Assembly: GCA_047947115.1 (NCBI GenBank)
Contig: CP170459.1
Coordinates: forward strand, 4,224,001-4,288,000
Length of the DNA: 64,000 nt
From: Verrucomicrobiota bacterium
Lineage (GTDB): Bacteria > Verrucomicrobiota > Verrucomicrobiia > Limisphaerales > AAA164-E04
Direction: 5' to 3'
Shown: piece after piece, positions 40,319 through 50,129 of the stretch
Position numbering within the stretch: position 1 is the first letter of the stretch
Layout: every line of letters begins with the position of its first letter
The notes under the pieces: generated by a model
The model's input: the letters and a program-made list of their open reading frames with translations, nothing else
Databases searched by the model: none
Told to the model about the DNA's origin: nothing
Made by a program: the position numbers and the translations under genes

Positions 40319-41833
40319 TCACGCAAGCAGGTCTGTAATCACCGATGATTCACGGGTTATGGTGGTCAATCGTTTGTCGATGCCCTGGTGCCGGTAGGTG
40401 AGTCGTTTGTGGTCGATGCCGAAGCAGTGCAGCAGCGTGGCTTGGAAATCGTTAATGTGAACGGGATGGATCACCGGCGCCCACCCAAGCTCATCGGTCT
40501 CTCCATAAACATAACCAGGCTTCGTTCCTCCCCCGGCCATGAACATGGAGAAGGCATTAGGATGATGATCTCTTCCGGTCACCCCAGCGCGTCCAACACG
40601 GTTTTCACCGAGCGGGGTGCGTCCGAACTCCCCTGCCCAGACGACCAGTGTTTCATCCAGCAAACCGCGTTCCTTGAGATCCTTGATCAAGGCCCCGATG
40701 GGTTGATCCACACATCCGGCGTTGTATCCGAGTTCTGCATCCAGATTGGAGTGATGATCCCATGAGGCAAACATGATGTTCACAAACCGCACACCCCGTT
40801 CAACCAGTCTTCGAGCCAGCAAACAGTTGGCTCCGAAAGAAGCGTAATGCTTTCCGGATCCCACACGTCCTGATCTCTTCTCGGGTTCCTCCCGCTTCAC
40901 TCCATAAGCTTCCAGGGTGGATGAAGATTCCCCGGACAAATCACTTAATTCGGGCGCCGCCATCTGCATGCGAAATGCGAGCTCGTAGTTGGCGATGCGG
41001 CTGGCGATTTCCGGATCGTGCACCCTGTTCAAATGGGAACGGTTCAAGGCACCCAGCGCATCCAAGCCCTGACGTTCCAGCTCTTGAGGCAAGCCTGCCG
41101 GTCGCTCGAGATTCAGTATTGGCGCGCCCTGGTTTCGGAACAGAACCCCGGCATGAACCGAGGAAAGAAACCCGTTACTCCATAGAGTGGAACCACCACT
41201 GGGTCCTCTACCGGAACTCAACACCACGTAACTGGGCAGATCACGATTCTCTGTTCCCAATCCGTATGAAATCCAGGAGCCCATCGATGGCAATCCAAAC
41301 AATGCCTGACCACATTGCATCAGCAACTGTCCGGGATGATGATTGAACTGATCGGTGTGCATCGACCGGATCATGCAGATATCATCGGCACAACTTGCAA
41401 TATGAGGCACGGCATCGGAAAACCACATCCCGCTTTGACCGTGTTGCGAAAACTTGTGCGTGGTTCCCATGAGACGGGCGGTGTCCTTTTGAAGAAATGC
41501 AAACCTTACCCCTTCGGTCAGGGACGGAGGCAGTGGCTGACCATCCAACTGGTTCAACTTCGGTTTGTAATCAAACAAATCCAGTTGTGACGGAGCGCCC
41601 GCGTTGAAAATGAAGATACAGTTCTTTGCTTTCGCTGGAAAATGTGTGGCCCTGGGGCTCAGCGGATCTTGACCAGCCTGCTTGCCAGCCGCCATCAGAC
41701 CGGTTTCAGAGATCAAGCTCGAAAAAGCCAGCCCGCCCAAACCACTGGCGCCAGTCAGCAGAAAGTCTCTTCGGAGCATGCCTTCTGTGCCCGGTTTCTT
41801 TGTTTCTGTTTGCATCCGTTTCGTATCCATCAT
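40319..41833 (-). CDS. DUF1501 family protein with Tat-like leader
   Basis: RRDFL leader, GAPSQLDLFDYKP, CLLARRLVERGVRF, WDHH, GEFGRTP, GRDHH. Confidence 0.93.
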   Translation of the reverse strand: MMDTKRMQTETKKPGTEGMLRRDFLLTGASGLGGLAFSSLISETGLMAAGKQAGQDPLSPRATHFPAKAKNCIFIFNAGAPSQLDLFDYKPKLNQLDGQPLPPSLTEGVRFAFLQKDTARLMGTTHKFSQHGQSGMWFSDAVPHIASCADDICMIRSMHTDQFNHHPGQLLMQCGQALFGLPSMGSWISYGLGTENRDLPSYVVLSSGRGPSGGSTLWSNGFLSSVHAGVLFRNQGAPILNLERPAGLPQELERQGLDALGALNRSHLNRVHDPEIASRIANYELAFRMQMAAPELSDLSGESSSTLEAYGVKREEPEKRSGRVGSGKHYASFGANCLLARRLVERGVRFVNIMFASWDHHSNLDAELGYNAGCVDQPIGALIKDLKERGLLDETLVVWAGEFGRTPLGENRVGRAGVTGRDHHPNAFSMFMAGGGTKPGYVYGETDELGWAPVIHPVHINDFQATLLHCFGIDHKRLTYRHQGIDKRLTTITRESSVITDLLA

Positions 41834-41839
41834 GATTCC

Positions 41840-44197
41840 TCATTCTCTGGTCAGGAAGGCGTCCAGATTCAATATCAGTCTCGTTACATGAACCCATGCC
41901 GCTTGTTCATGGATGGCAACATTCCGGGCGTGATGAGGTCCAACCAATTGTTTGGCTTCATCCTCACGTTTTTCATACCAGGACCTTCCCGACTCCAACA
42001 ACTTCACCAGCGCTTCCGATTCCTCCGGTTCAGGTTGCCGATGTAAGGCAACAAGAAAGGCTTTTGAAATGCGATAGTGATCGCCGATCGTTTCAGTATC
42101 GGACAGCAAACGGACCGAAAAAGCCTGAGCGGCTTCGACGAACACTTCGTTGTTCAAGGTGGTCATTGCCTGGAGCGCGTTGTTGGACCGGTCCCGGACA
42201 GCTGTGGAAGCCGAGGCATCCGGGCAATCAAACACCGTCAGATTCGGATCCATGGCTGTACGCCTGAAAAAGGTATAAATACCACGACGGTATCGATCGC
42301 GTCCTGTGGATTTTTTGCGATAGGGAGTAAAGCTTTGACTTAACACCACATCCGGGATCGGAGGAAACACAGAGGGCCCACCGACATCGAAGCTCAACAA
42401 ACCCGACACCTGAAGTGAGATGTCCCGCAGAATTTCAGCTTCGACACGAAACCGGTTTTGCCGGGCAAACAGACGGTTGTCGGGATCGATATCCTTCAGT
42501 TCGGGGCGGTGGATGGAAGATTGACGGTAGGTATCTGATGTGACAATGAATCGAATCAGGCGTTTCAAACTCCAGCCTCCTTCCTTCATCCACCAATCTG
42601 ACAACCAATCCAGCAGCTCGGGATGTGTCGGACGGCTCCCTCGATTGCCAAAATCCTGTACGGTATCCACCAAGGGACGTCCCATCAGATGCATCCAAAC
42701 CTTGTTCACCATGACACGCGCCGTCAGCGGGTTTAAATTTGAAAACATCCAGTCCACTAGATCCAGACGGTTTGCCTGCGGATGAAAGGATGGATCACTT
42801 TGAAACGCACTCGGAACCGACGCACTGAGAGCTCCCTGTTGAAGGTCCGGACGCAGAAAATCTCCACGCAGCAGCACGAACGTTTCGCGGCGATCTTTGG
42901 TGCGTTCCCGCATGTGTCGTGTCAAGCCATTGGAAGCATCGAACCGGAACAACTTCACCAATTGCCCCACCGTTTGATTGTTCAAGTTCTTGTCGTGAAC
43001 CTGACGCTGCAGCATGTCCTGCAGTTGATCCTGTAGGGTTGCACGTTCTTTCAGAATGGCGTCCGCACCTTCAGGCGCTTCAGTAAGAAAGGACGCGTCA
43101 AAATCCATGTTGTTGAAATAGGCCACCAGGGAATAATAGTCCTTTTGGCTGAAATCATCGTATGGGTGATCGTGGCATTGAGCGCAACCGACCGTCAGTC
43201 CCAGCCAGGAAGAACCCACCATATTGACACGATCCATCACCCGTTTGACACGATCTTCCTCCGCATCGATTCCACCTTCGAGATTGAACTGGGTCTGCAG
43301 ATGCAGTTTGGTGGCGATCAGAACTGCGGGATCATCCGTTTCCAGCAAATCACCCGCCAGCTGAGAACGACTGAACTGATCAAAAGGCATATCTGCGTTG
43401 AGTGCTCCGACGACCCAATCCCTGTAGCGCCAGGCGTCTTCCTTGACGCTGTCTTTTTCATAACCCAAGGAATCCGCATAACGCGCTTCATCCAACCAGT
43501 GACGTCCCCATCGTTCTCCAAAATGAGGAGAGGTAAGTAGCGCATCGACATGTTGTTCATACTGCGAGTCTGAAACCAATTCACCGACACGGTTCAGCTG
43601 CGCCTCATCCGGAAGCAGCCCGATCAGATCCAAACCAAGTCGCCGCATCAAAACCGCCCCACCGGCTGAAGGCGACAAGTCTATTCCCTCCTCAGACAGT
43701 CGATGTTCGATGAAATAATCCACCGGATGTTTCCCCTTGGGCACCTGCGCTCTTGAAATGGATATAAAAGCCCAGTGAGATGGCCATTCTGCGCCTGAAT
43801 GAATCCATTCTTTCAGATCCTGGATTTGCTGAGCCGTTAAGGGATCATGTCCTTCAGGCGGCATTCTGTCATCCAAATCCCCGGACACAATGCGCTGAAA
43901 CAAAACACTATTGGCCGAATGACCGGGAACCAGCCCCGGTTCACCCGAGTCCCCTGGAGTAAGCATCATTTGACGTGAAAGGACACTGAATCCCGAGGAC
44001 TTCTTCACCCCGCCGTGACATTCGGCACAGTGTTCATTGAGGATAGGTTGGACGACGTGCTGAAAATCCGGACCGCCACCAGCCAACACATCAGGCGTTG
44101 CGAGAAAAACAACGAAACACAACAACCCGACAACCGATCGGGAAACGCATCGGTAATGGAACAATCCTCTCAGATCGCAATCAACGGGCATGAACAA
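41840..44197 (-). CDS. PSD1 / planctomycete cytochrome c domain protein (DUF1549/DUF1553)
   Basis: CAECH and CAQCHDH heme motifs, HFGERWGRHWLD.ARYADS, PTHPELLDWL, FDCPD. Confidence 0.93.
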   Translation of the reverse strand: MFMPVDCDLRGLFHYRCVSRSVVGLLCFVVFLATPDVLAGGGPDFQHVVQPILNEHCAECHGGVKKSSGFSVLSRQMMLTPGDSGEPGLVPGHSANSVLFQRIVSGDLDDRMPPEGHDPLTAQQIQDLKEWIHSGAEWPSHWAFISISRAQVPKGKHPVDYFIEHRLSEEGIDLSPSAGGAVLMRRLGLDLIGLLPDEAQLNRVGELVSDSQYEQHVDALLTSPHFGERWGRHWLDEARYADSLGYEKDSVKEDAWRYRDWVVGALNADMPFDQFSRSQLAGDLLETDDPAVLIATKLHLQTQFNLEGGIDAEEDRVKRVMDRVNMVGSSWLGLTVGCAQCHDHPYDDFSQKDYYSLVAYFNNMDFDASFLTEAPEGADAILKERATLQDQLQDMLQRQVHDKNLNNQTVGQLVKLFRFDASNGLTRHMRERTKDRRETFVLLRGDFLRPDLQQGALSASVPSAFQSDPSFHPQANRLDLVDWMFSNLNPLTARVMVNKVWMHLMGRPLVDTVQDFGNRGSRPTHPELLDWLSDWWMKEGGWSLKRLIRFIVTSDTYRQSSIHRPELKDIDPDNRLFARQNRFRVEAEILRDISLQVSGLLSFDVGGPSVFPPIPDVVLSQSFTPYRKKSTGRDRYRRGIYTFFRRTAMDPNLTVFDCPDASASTAVRDRSNNALQAMTTLNNEVFVEAAQAFSVRLLSDTETIGDHYRISKAFLVALHRQPEPEESEALVKLLESGRSWYEKREDEAKQLVGPHHARNVAIHEQAAWVHVTRLILNLDAFLTRE

Positions 44198-44233
44198 ACA
44201 CTAGCAAGTCACAGAGCTCATACAAGCCTTCTT

Positions 44234-44601
44234 CGGTAGGGCCGCGCTGCCACGCGGCCGCGAACGCGCATGCTGCTCACGAAAGTTCACAGCACCATGT
44301 GAACGCACCACCGGACACGCAGCAACGTGTCCCTACCTGACGCTCCCCGCCCGCCTCCGGTAGGGCCGCGCTGCCGCGCGGCCGCAAACGCGCATGCTGC
44401 TCACGAAAGTTCACAGCACCATTCGAACGCACCACCGGACACGCCGCAACGTGTCCCCACCTGACGCTCCCCGCCCACCTCCGGTAGGGCCGCGCTGCCG
44501 CGCGGCCACGAACGCGCATGCTGCTCACGAAAGTTCACAGCACCATGCGAACGCACCACCGGACACGCAGCAACGTGTCCCTACCTGACGCTCCCCGCCC
44601 C
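44234..44601. repeat. Tandem array of 3 x 124-bp REP/BIME-like units
   Basis: Units start at 44234, 44358 and 44482. Each holds GGTAGGGCCGCGCTGCC[AG]CGCGGCC and an inverted GGACACGCAGCAACGTGTCCCTACC palindrome. Confidence 0.92.
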
Positions 44602-44689
44602 ACCATGCGTATGGTCATTGACACGAATGATTCTAAACGTAATCCTACCTGCGCACCCTCCTTGGAGCATGTGATGCAAAGCATGCGAC

Positions 44690-45367
44690 ATGGAACAACT
44701 CAGATATAACGCTCACCGAACCACAGCTTTCACACTGATGGAACTGCTGGTGGTGATTTCAATCGTAGCCATACTGGGTGCACTGGCGTTGCCCGGCTTC
44801 CGAGAAGGAGGACAGCGCGTCAAAAGCGCCATTTGCTTAAACAACCTCAAGCAATGGGGATTGGCCACTCAACTTTACGCTCTGGAACATGACGACTGGC
44901 TTCCCAAAGATGGCGCCCCCAATGGAACATCAAAACGCCAAGGCTGGTACATCGATCTCCCCGCACAACTGGGCATACCGAACTATCACACCTTGGCCTG
45001 GCGAACAAATGCGGTTCAAAAACCACCGAAATGTCTCTGGATCTGCCCTGCCAATCGCACTCGAAGCAACGGAAACAATCTGTTCCATTACTGCCTAAAT
45101 GCACACGTCAATGGATCCGGCGTTGGGAACCAGATCAAGCTCAGTTCCATCCCATCCCCCGGGAAAACCATCTGGCTCTTTGACAATGGAAAGCGGGCCG
45201 CCGTGGCCCAGCACAACAATGTCCACACCAATCTGCATGCTGGAGGAGCACAATTTTCCTTTTTGGACGGGCATTCACAAAGGTTTCGAAATGGAGCATA
45301 CTGGGATTTCAAAATCGACAGAGGCAAATTAGATCACCCTGAACTCCATTGGATCCCTACGCGTTAA
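44690..45367 (+). CDS. Prepilin-type cleavage/methylation protein with H-X9-DG domain
   Basis: TA|FTLMELLVVISIVAIL, CLNNLKQ, WICP, HAGGAQFSFLDGH. Confidence 0.9.
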   Translation: MEQLRYNAHRTTAFTLMELLVVISIVAILGALALPGFREGGQRVKSAICLNNLKQWGLATQLYALEHDDWLPKDGAPNGTSKRQGWYIDLPAQLGIPNYHTLAWRTNAVQKPPKCLWICPANRTRSNGNNLFHYCLNAHVNGSGVGNQIKLSSIPSPGKTIWLFDNGKRAAVAQHNNVHTNLHAGGAQFSFLDGHSQRFRNGAYWDFKIDRGKLDHPELHWIPTR

Positions 45368-45411
45368 TGAGCATTGCCCCGCGCAGCAATCACCCTTTAC
45401 CACAACCAACA

Positions 45412-45443
45412 TGTTGACGTTAACGTTATACTCAAGCTACATT
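45412..45443 (+). promoter_or_regulatory. Candidate sigma70 promoter overlapped by a palindromic operator
   Basis: TTGACG (45414-45419), 18-nt spacer, TACATT (45438-45443); palindrome ACGTTAACGT within TGTTGACGTTAACGTTA. Confidence 0.4.
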
Positions 45444-45534
45444 AGTTTCCATCACAAACGATACACCTAAACCTGTAAAACTGTCGTCCGGGTTAAAAAA
45501 AAGCCGGCGAATGAAATGAGCTGACACTTAAGGT

Positions 45535-48500
45535 ATGAAAAACAAGACTCAATCTAAAAAGTGGTTTCGCCTGCTGTGCGTGGGCCAACTGGTAAGCTGC
45601 ATGCTTGGTCATGCAGCTGTATTGGATGATTTCAATGACAATGCCAAAACAGACTGGACGGACTTTAGTTTTGTGGATGGATTTGGCCTGCCCACCGAAT
45701 CGGGCGGACAATTCAAATTCGAACTTCCCCCGGCAGGACAGGACATTTTTACAGCGGCCCAGAAGACCAGCCAGCTCTTTGAACTCAAGGACGGCCGCAC
45801 TATAGAATTCACAGTGGATGTGTTGGAATCCACCGGTGAGGACACCTTTGCTGTGTTGGCATTCATCCCCAATACCGGAGGTAACGGCCCGGGCACACTG
45901 GCTGGGTATGGATTGGCGAAAGATCCGACCGATGTCCTCATCACCAAAGGGATTCAGAAATACTTCATAGCAGACGACGGTGAAGGCGCCAGTTTGCAAA
46001 ATGAAAACATCCGTTTGTCCCTGACCATGACGGCAGCGGCAGGAAATGTTGAAGTCACCGGAAAAATCATCGACATCGCGAGTGACGAGATTCTATGGGA
46101 AAACACGATCGTGGACACACCGGCCAGCGACGTCATGACCGATGGCTCGGACGAACCTGCGGCTCCCTTTATTACGACCGGCTATTTCACCCTTTATTGC
46201 TACCAACAATTCAACGGAGCAACACCTTTGTATGCTCTCTCCTACGATAACGCCAGCGTCACCGTCACAGACGCCATTACCGAAACCTTGTTGGATGACT
46301 TTGATGACAACGCCAAATCGGATTGGAGCGATTTCACGTTTGTGGACGGATTCGGGCTTCCTTCGGAGGAAGGTGGCAGGTTTATCTTCGATCTTCCCGG
46401 CGCCGGGCAAGACATCTTTACTGCCAGTCAGAAAATCAGCCGTGAGATCACCCTTGCCGAAGGTCAGACAGTGGAACTGAAAGTTGATGTGGAGGAATCC
46501 ACAGGCGAAGACACATTCGCCGTGCTGGCATTCATCCCCAACACCGGTGGCAATAGTCCAGGGACTCTCGCCGGATATGGTCTTGCGAAGGATCCCACGG
46601 ATGTATTGATCACAAAGGGCATCCAGAAATATTTCATTGCCGACGACGGTGAAGGAGCCACCCTGCAGAACGAAAACATCACCCTTTCTCTAAAGCTGGA
46701 GGTTCGCGGCGGAAACGTGGAAGTTACCGGTTCGATCATCGACAAAGCATCTGGAGATGTCCTATGGCAACAAACCGTCATCGACACTCCAGCGGCAGAC
46801 GTCATGACCGACGGCACCGATGAACCCGCCGCTCCATTCATCACCAGCGGTTATTTCACACTATACTGCTATCAACAATTCAACGGCTCGGATCGGTATC
46901 GCCTCGTCTACGACAATGCCGTGCTGGTGGCTCCACCGGTACCTGACAAGATTGCACCAACCCTTTCAGACATCCACCCCGCGGCGTTTGCCAATTTCCT
47001 GCCAAACAACACCGTAGTGTCCTTTAGCGCGACCGACGATGAAGAACTTACAGACAGCAGTATGGCCATCACATTGAACGGAACAACCTATACCAGCGAA
47101 AATGGCTTGTCTGTTTCCGGCACGGGCAACACAAGGTCAGCAAGTCTTGGGAATCTGGAAATCAACACGGATTACACCGCCACACTCCAGGCAACCGATT
47201 CCGAGGGATCGACCACGACCCGCACTATCTATTTCGACACCTTTCTTTCATCGAACCGTATCATCGAAGCCGAGGATTATGATTTTGATGACGGACTTTA
47301 CATCAACGATCCCGAACCATCCTTCGAAGGCTTCTTCAGTCCAGAAGGCTACGCGCTGCAATTCGGCAGTGAGGAAATCGATTTCCATGACACACGCGAA
47401 AACGCCGATGCGGAGGATAACCCCTATCGCGAACCGGACGGTGCCCGCACCCAGCGATCCCGCGACATTGTGCGCGCCAAATTTTCCGCCAAAGGTGGAT
47501 CGGCCCAGGATGTGTATGATTACGACATCGGCGATATCGCTTCGGGAGAATGGATGAATTACACACGCAATTTCTCCGAAGGAAACTACTTGGTCTACCT
47601 CCGCGAATCCCTGTCGAACATGCACAACGGTGGTGAAAGCCGACTCGAGCTGGTCACCTCCGGAGCTGGAACAGAATCCCAGCAAACCCAGGTGCTTGGT
47701 TCCTTTCTGGGTGAACTCACCGGTTTTCAATACCGTAATTTCCCCCTGACGGATGGAACCGGCTCCCCCGTCATTCTACAGTTGGATGGCGTCACCACCC
47801 TCAGACTGTATCAAGTAACGGCCGACCCCGATGACGGCGCCCGCCTGTTGAACTACCTGGTATTTGTGCCGGTTCCGGATCCCGGATTGCAACGTGCCAC
47901 GGTGTTGGGATTGATTCCAAACAACGGATCCACAGTTCGCAGCGTCCAACCCACCATTGAGGCTTCTTTGGTCAACCGCGACACTTCGGTCAATGTGAAC
48001 ACCGTGCAATTAAGCATCAATGACGAGATCGTTCCCGCGAATATTACGGCCACTTCAAGTGGCGCCAGTATTTCATATACGCTTGCCGCCTTGCCTAAAT
48101 CCGGCGCGGTCAACAATGGTTCTATCAGCTTTACTGACAGTGACGGTGAGGAGATTACCAAGACCTGGACATTTACGGTGGAATACAGCAGCCTGGATCC
48201 AGCCAACGCCATCAGCGGCAACGGCACCACTTCGGGCATGAATGTCCGGGTTGTTCAAGCGCCTGCCGGATCGATCATGGAAAGCACTCTGGTCAGAGCG
48301 GAAGAACAGCTCAAACAAGACAGTTCCATTGAAATTGAGCAGGAAACGAGCATTGTCGACTCCACCATCAATTACAGTCAGAACGAACCAGGCAGCGCGG
48401 ACGGCCATTTCCCTGATGACGTCCAGTTCCCGGGTCTTGAAGAAGCATTTCACGCTGACTTTTTCACCACAGAGGTCACCACCTATTTGGATCTGAAGGC

Positions 48501-48981
48501 CGGCACCTATCGATTTGGTGTTCGCAGTGATGATGGCTACAAAGTGCAATGTGTGACGGACTTCAGCCAAGTGAACACCGCGCCCCTTGCTTTTTGGAGT
48601 GGTACAGCCAATGTCACTTACGATTTCGTAGTCGCAAGAAGCGGACTGTATCCCTTCCGCCTGGTTCACTATGAACAATCAGGCGGCGCACACCTGGAAT
48701 GGTTTGTTGAGGATCTTGATTCGGGGGAAAGGACACTGATCAATGCCGACAATTCGCCGATCAAAGCATATACAGAATTCGAGGCAGTCATGGAAATGGC
48801 TCCCCCTGTACTCCACGCACCGGTTCGGACCGCAAACAACCTGGAGATCACTTGGGATGGCGGCGGTGCACTCTATGCTTCCCCTTCTCTGGATGGACCA
48901 TGGACGGTAGTTTCCCAATCATCTCCAGCTACGGTCAATATTGAGGCATCTGGCAACAAGTTCTTCCGTGTCGAGCGATAG
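45535..48981 (+). CDS. 1148-aa secreted protein: duplicated N-terminal domain, Ig/CBM-like and PA14-like domains, C-terminal FFR module
   Basis: Signal peptide. Two near-identical LDDFxDNAK...GYFTLYCYQQFNG repeats; IEAEDYD..GEWMNYT CBM-like; G.YRFGVRSDDG..YEQSGGA.LEW PA14-like. Ends KFFRVER. Confidence 0.8.
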   Translation: MKNKTQSKKWFRLLCVGQLVSCMLGHAAVLDDFNDNAKTDWTDFSFVDGFGLPTESGGQFKFELPPAGQDIFTAAQKTSQLFELKDGRTIEFTVDVLESTGEDTFAVLAFIPNTGGNGPGTLAGYGLAKDPTDVLITKGIQKYFIADDGEGASLQNENIRLSLTMTAAAGNVEVTGKIIDIASDEILWENTIVDTPASDVMTDGSDEPAAPFITTGYFTLYCYQQFNGATPLYALSYDNASVTVTDAITETLLDDFDDNAKSDWSDFTFVDGFGLPSEEGGRFIFDLPGAGQDIFTASQKISREITLAEGQTVELKVDVEESTGEDTFAVLAFIPNTGGNSPGTLAGYGLAKDPTDVLITKGIQKYFIADDGEGATLQNENITLSLKLEVRGGNVEVTGSIIDKASGDVLWQQTVIDTPAADVMTDGTDEPAAPFITSGYFTLYCYQQFNGSDRYRLVYDNAVLVAPPVPDKIAPTLSDIHPAAFANFLPNNTVVSFSATDDEELTDSSMAITLNGTTYTSENGLSVSGTGNTRSASLGNLEINTDYTATLQATDSEGSTTTRTIYFDTFLSSNRIIEAEDYDFDDGLYINDPEPSFEGFFSPEGYALQFGSEEIDFHDTRENADAEDNPYREPDGARTQRSRDIVRAKFSAKGGSAQDVYDYDIGDIASGEWMNYTRNFSEGNYLVYLRESLSNMHNGGESRLELVTSGAGTESQQTQVLGSFLGELTGFQYRNFPLTDGTGSPVILQLDGVTTLRLYQVTADPDDGARLLNYLVFVPVPDPGLQRATVLGLIPNNGSTVRSVQPTIEASLVNRDTSVNVNTVQLSINDEIVPANITATSSGASISYTLAALPKSGAVNNGSISFTDSDGEEITKTWTFTVEYSSLDPANAISGNGTTSGMNVRVVQAPAGSIMESTLVRAEEQLKQDSSIEIEQETSIVDSTINYSQNEPGSADGHFPDDVQFPGLEEAFHADFFTTEVTTYLDLKAGTYRFGVRSDDGYKVQCVTDFSQVNTAPLAFWSGTANVTYDFVVARSGLYPFRLVHYEQSGGAHLEWFVEDLDSGERTLINADNSPIKAYTEFEAVMEMAPPVLHAPVRTANNLEITWDGGGALYASPSLDGPWTVVSQSSPATVNIEASGNKFFRVER

Positions 48982-49072
48982 TCGGCAAACAAACGGATTC
49001 TGAACCGAATGATTTAATCAATCATCCCCTTGAGCGCATGGATCGCTCGAGGGGATTTTTTTGCAGGTTCCT

Positions 49073-50104
49073 TTACCATTTTTGTTCCCAGGACTGGAAA
49101 GTTTCGGCGATGTCTTTACCGTAACTGCCATACCAACTGTAGCCGTTTCGACGTTCCATACCGATTTCATTGTAATCATATTTCTTGATGCCATCTCGAT
49201 CACAAAAGAATGGGCGATTGGTTTCGATTTCATAGAACCTTGCCCATAAAACGTCGGCATCCGGATCCCGAACAGCAACCCGCCCCACATCCGGCTTCTT
49301 TTCAAGTCGAATACCATGCACCTTAGACGCTGCATACCATTTCGCGCCGGAGCGGATGGCACGCTTTACGGCAGGATTGGGGTTATCCAGTTTCATGAGA
49401 AACCGCAGAATCCCGGCGCTTTCGCCACCGCTCAGGGATTCCAGTTCATACGACCTTGCAGGCCGTGGCTCAAACGTCGCTGCATCGTGTTGGGCACACC
49501 AGACAGTGAGTTTCCCATTCACTTTGATTTGACAATCCAAAATGCACTGAATCCCCTTTTCAATAGCCACTTGAATGCTGGCACGCTTTTCCTGACCGAC
49601 TAAATCATAAGTCGTTTCACCACACACTTCCTGCAAGAAATCCAGAATCCTTATCATTGAGTTGTCATTAAACGTGATATGTCGCGGGTAACCGTTCCCT
49701 GGCGGAAAGTATTGAGACCAACCACCAGTGGGATACTGCGCTTCAAGGATATGGTCCAACCCTTTCAAAAACCCATCACGAAACCGCAACTCATTGGATG
49801 CATTGAAAGCCCGGGCGAGAAAACGCAATTCACCGGTCGTTGCTCCGTTGTCGAATGTTCCACGGAGGTCTTTCTTTGCGCCATCATACGGTTTGGTGGC
49901 GGTGTCGCCATTCTTGGGCCAGCTGCCATGAGGTGATTGCCAGCTCAGCACGTTATCAGCGATCCGAATGCCTTCCTCCGATCGCATCCAATCGGCACTC
50001 TGCTGAGTGAACACAGATGGAACCGTCGCATGCGCCAAGGGCGCGCAATAAACGCCCAGTATCAACAACCAAGTTTGTGTTTTCTTTTTATTTTGAACCT
50101 TCAT
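49073..50104 (-). CDS. pelA: Pectate lyase, PL10 (PelA/Pel-15E type)
   Basis: Signal peptide, WPKN, TFDNGAT, ITFNDNSM, WCAQHD, ARSYE, WARFYE, ERRNGYSWYG. Confidence 0.9.
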   Translation of the reverse strand: MKVQNKKKTQTWLLILGVYCAPLAHATVPSVFTQQSADWMRSEEGIRIADNVLSWQSPHGSWPKNGDTATKPYDGAKKDLRGTFDNGATTGELRFLARAFNASNELRFRDGFLKGLDHILEAQYPTGGWSQYFPPGNGYPRHITFNDNSMIRILDFLQEVCGETTYDLVGQEKRASIQVAIEKGIQCILDCQIKVNGKLTVWCAQHDAATFEPRPARSYELESLSGGESAGILRFLMKLDNPNPAVKRAIRSGAKWYAASKVHGIRLEKKPDVGRVAVRDPDADVLWARFYEIETNRPFFCDRDGIKKYDYNEIGMERRNGYSWYGSYGKDIAETFQSWEQKW

Positions 50105-50129
50105 TTGAACCGTTCAACAACCAAAAGTT

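Noticed and set aside
44234..44601. CRISPR array
   Set aside because: Whole 124-bp units are near-identical with no unique spacers, and no cas genes are present. The same applies to 58156-58438.
44277..44709. Short ORFs within the tandem array
   Set aside because: Translations of repeat DNA with no protein-like features.
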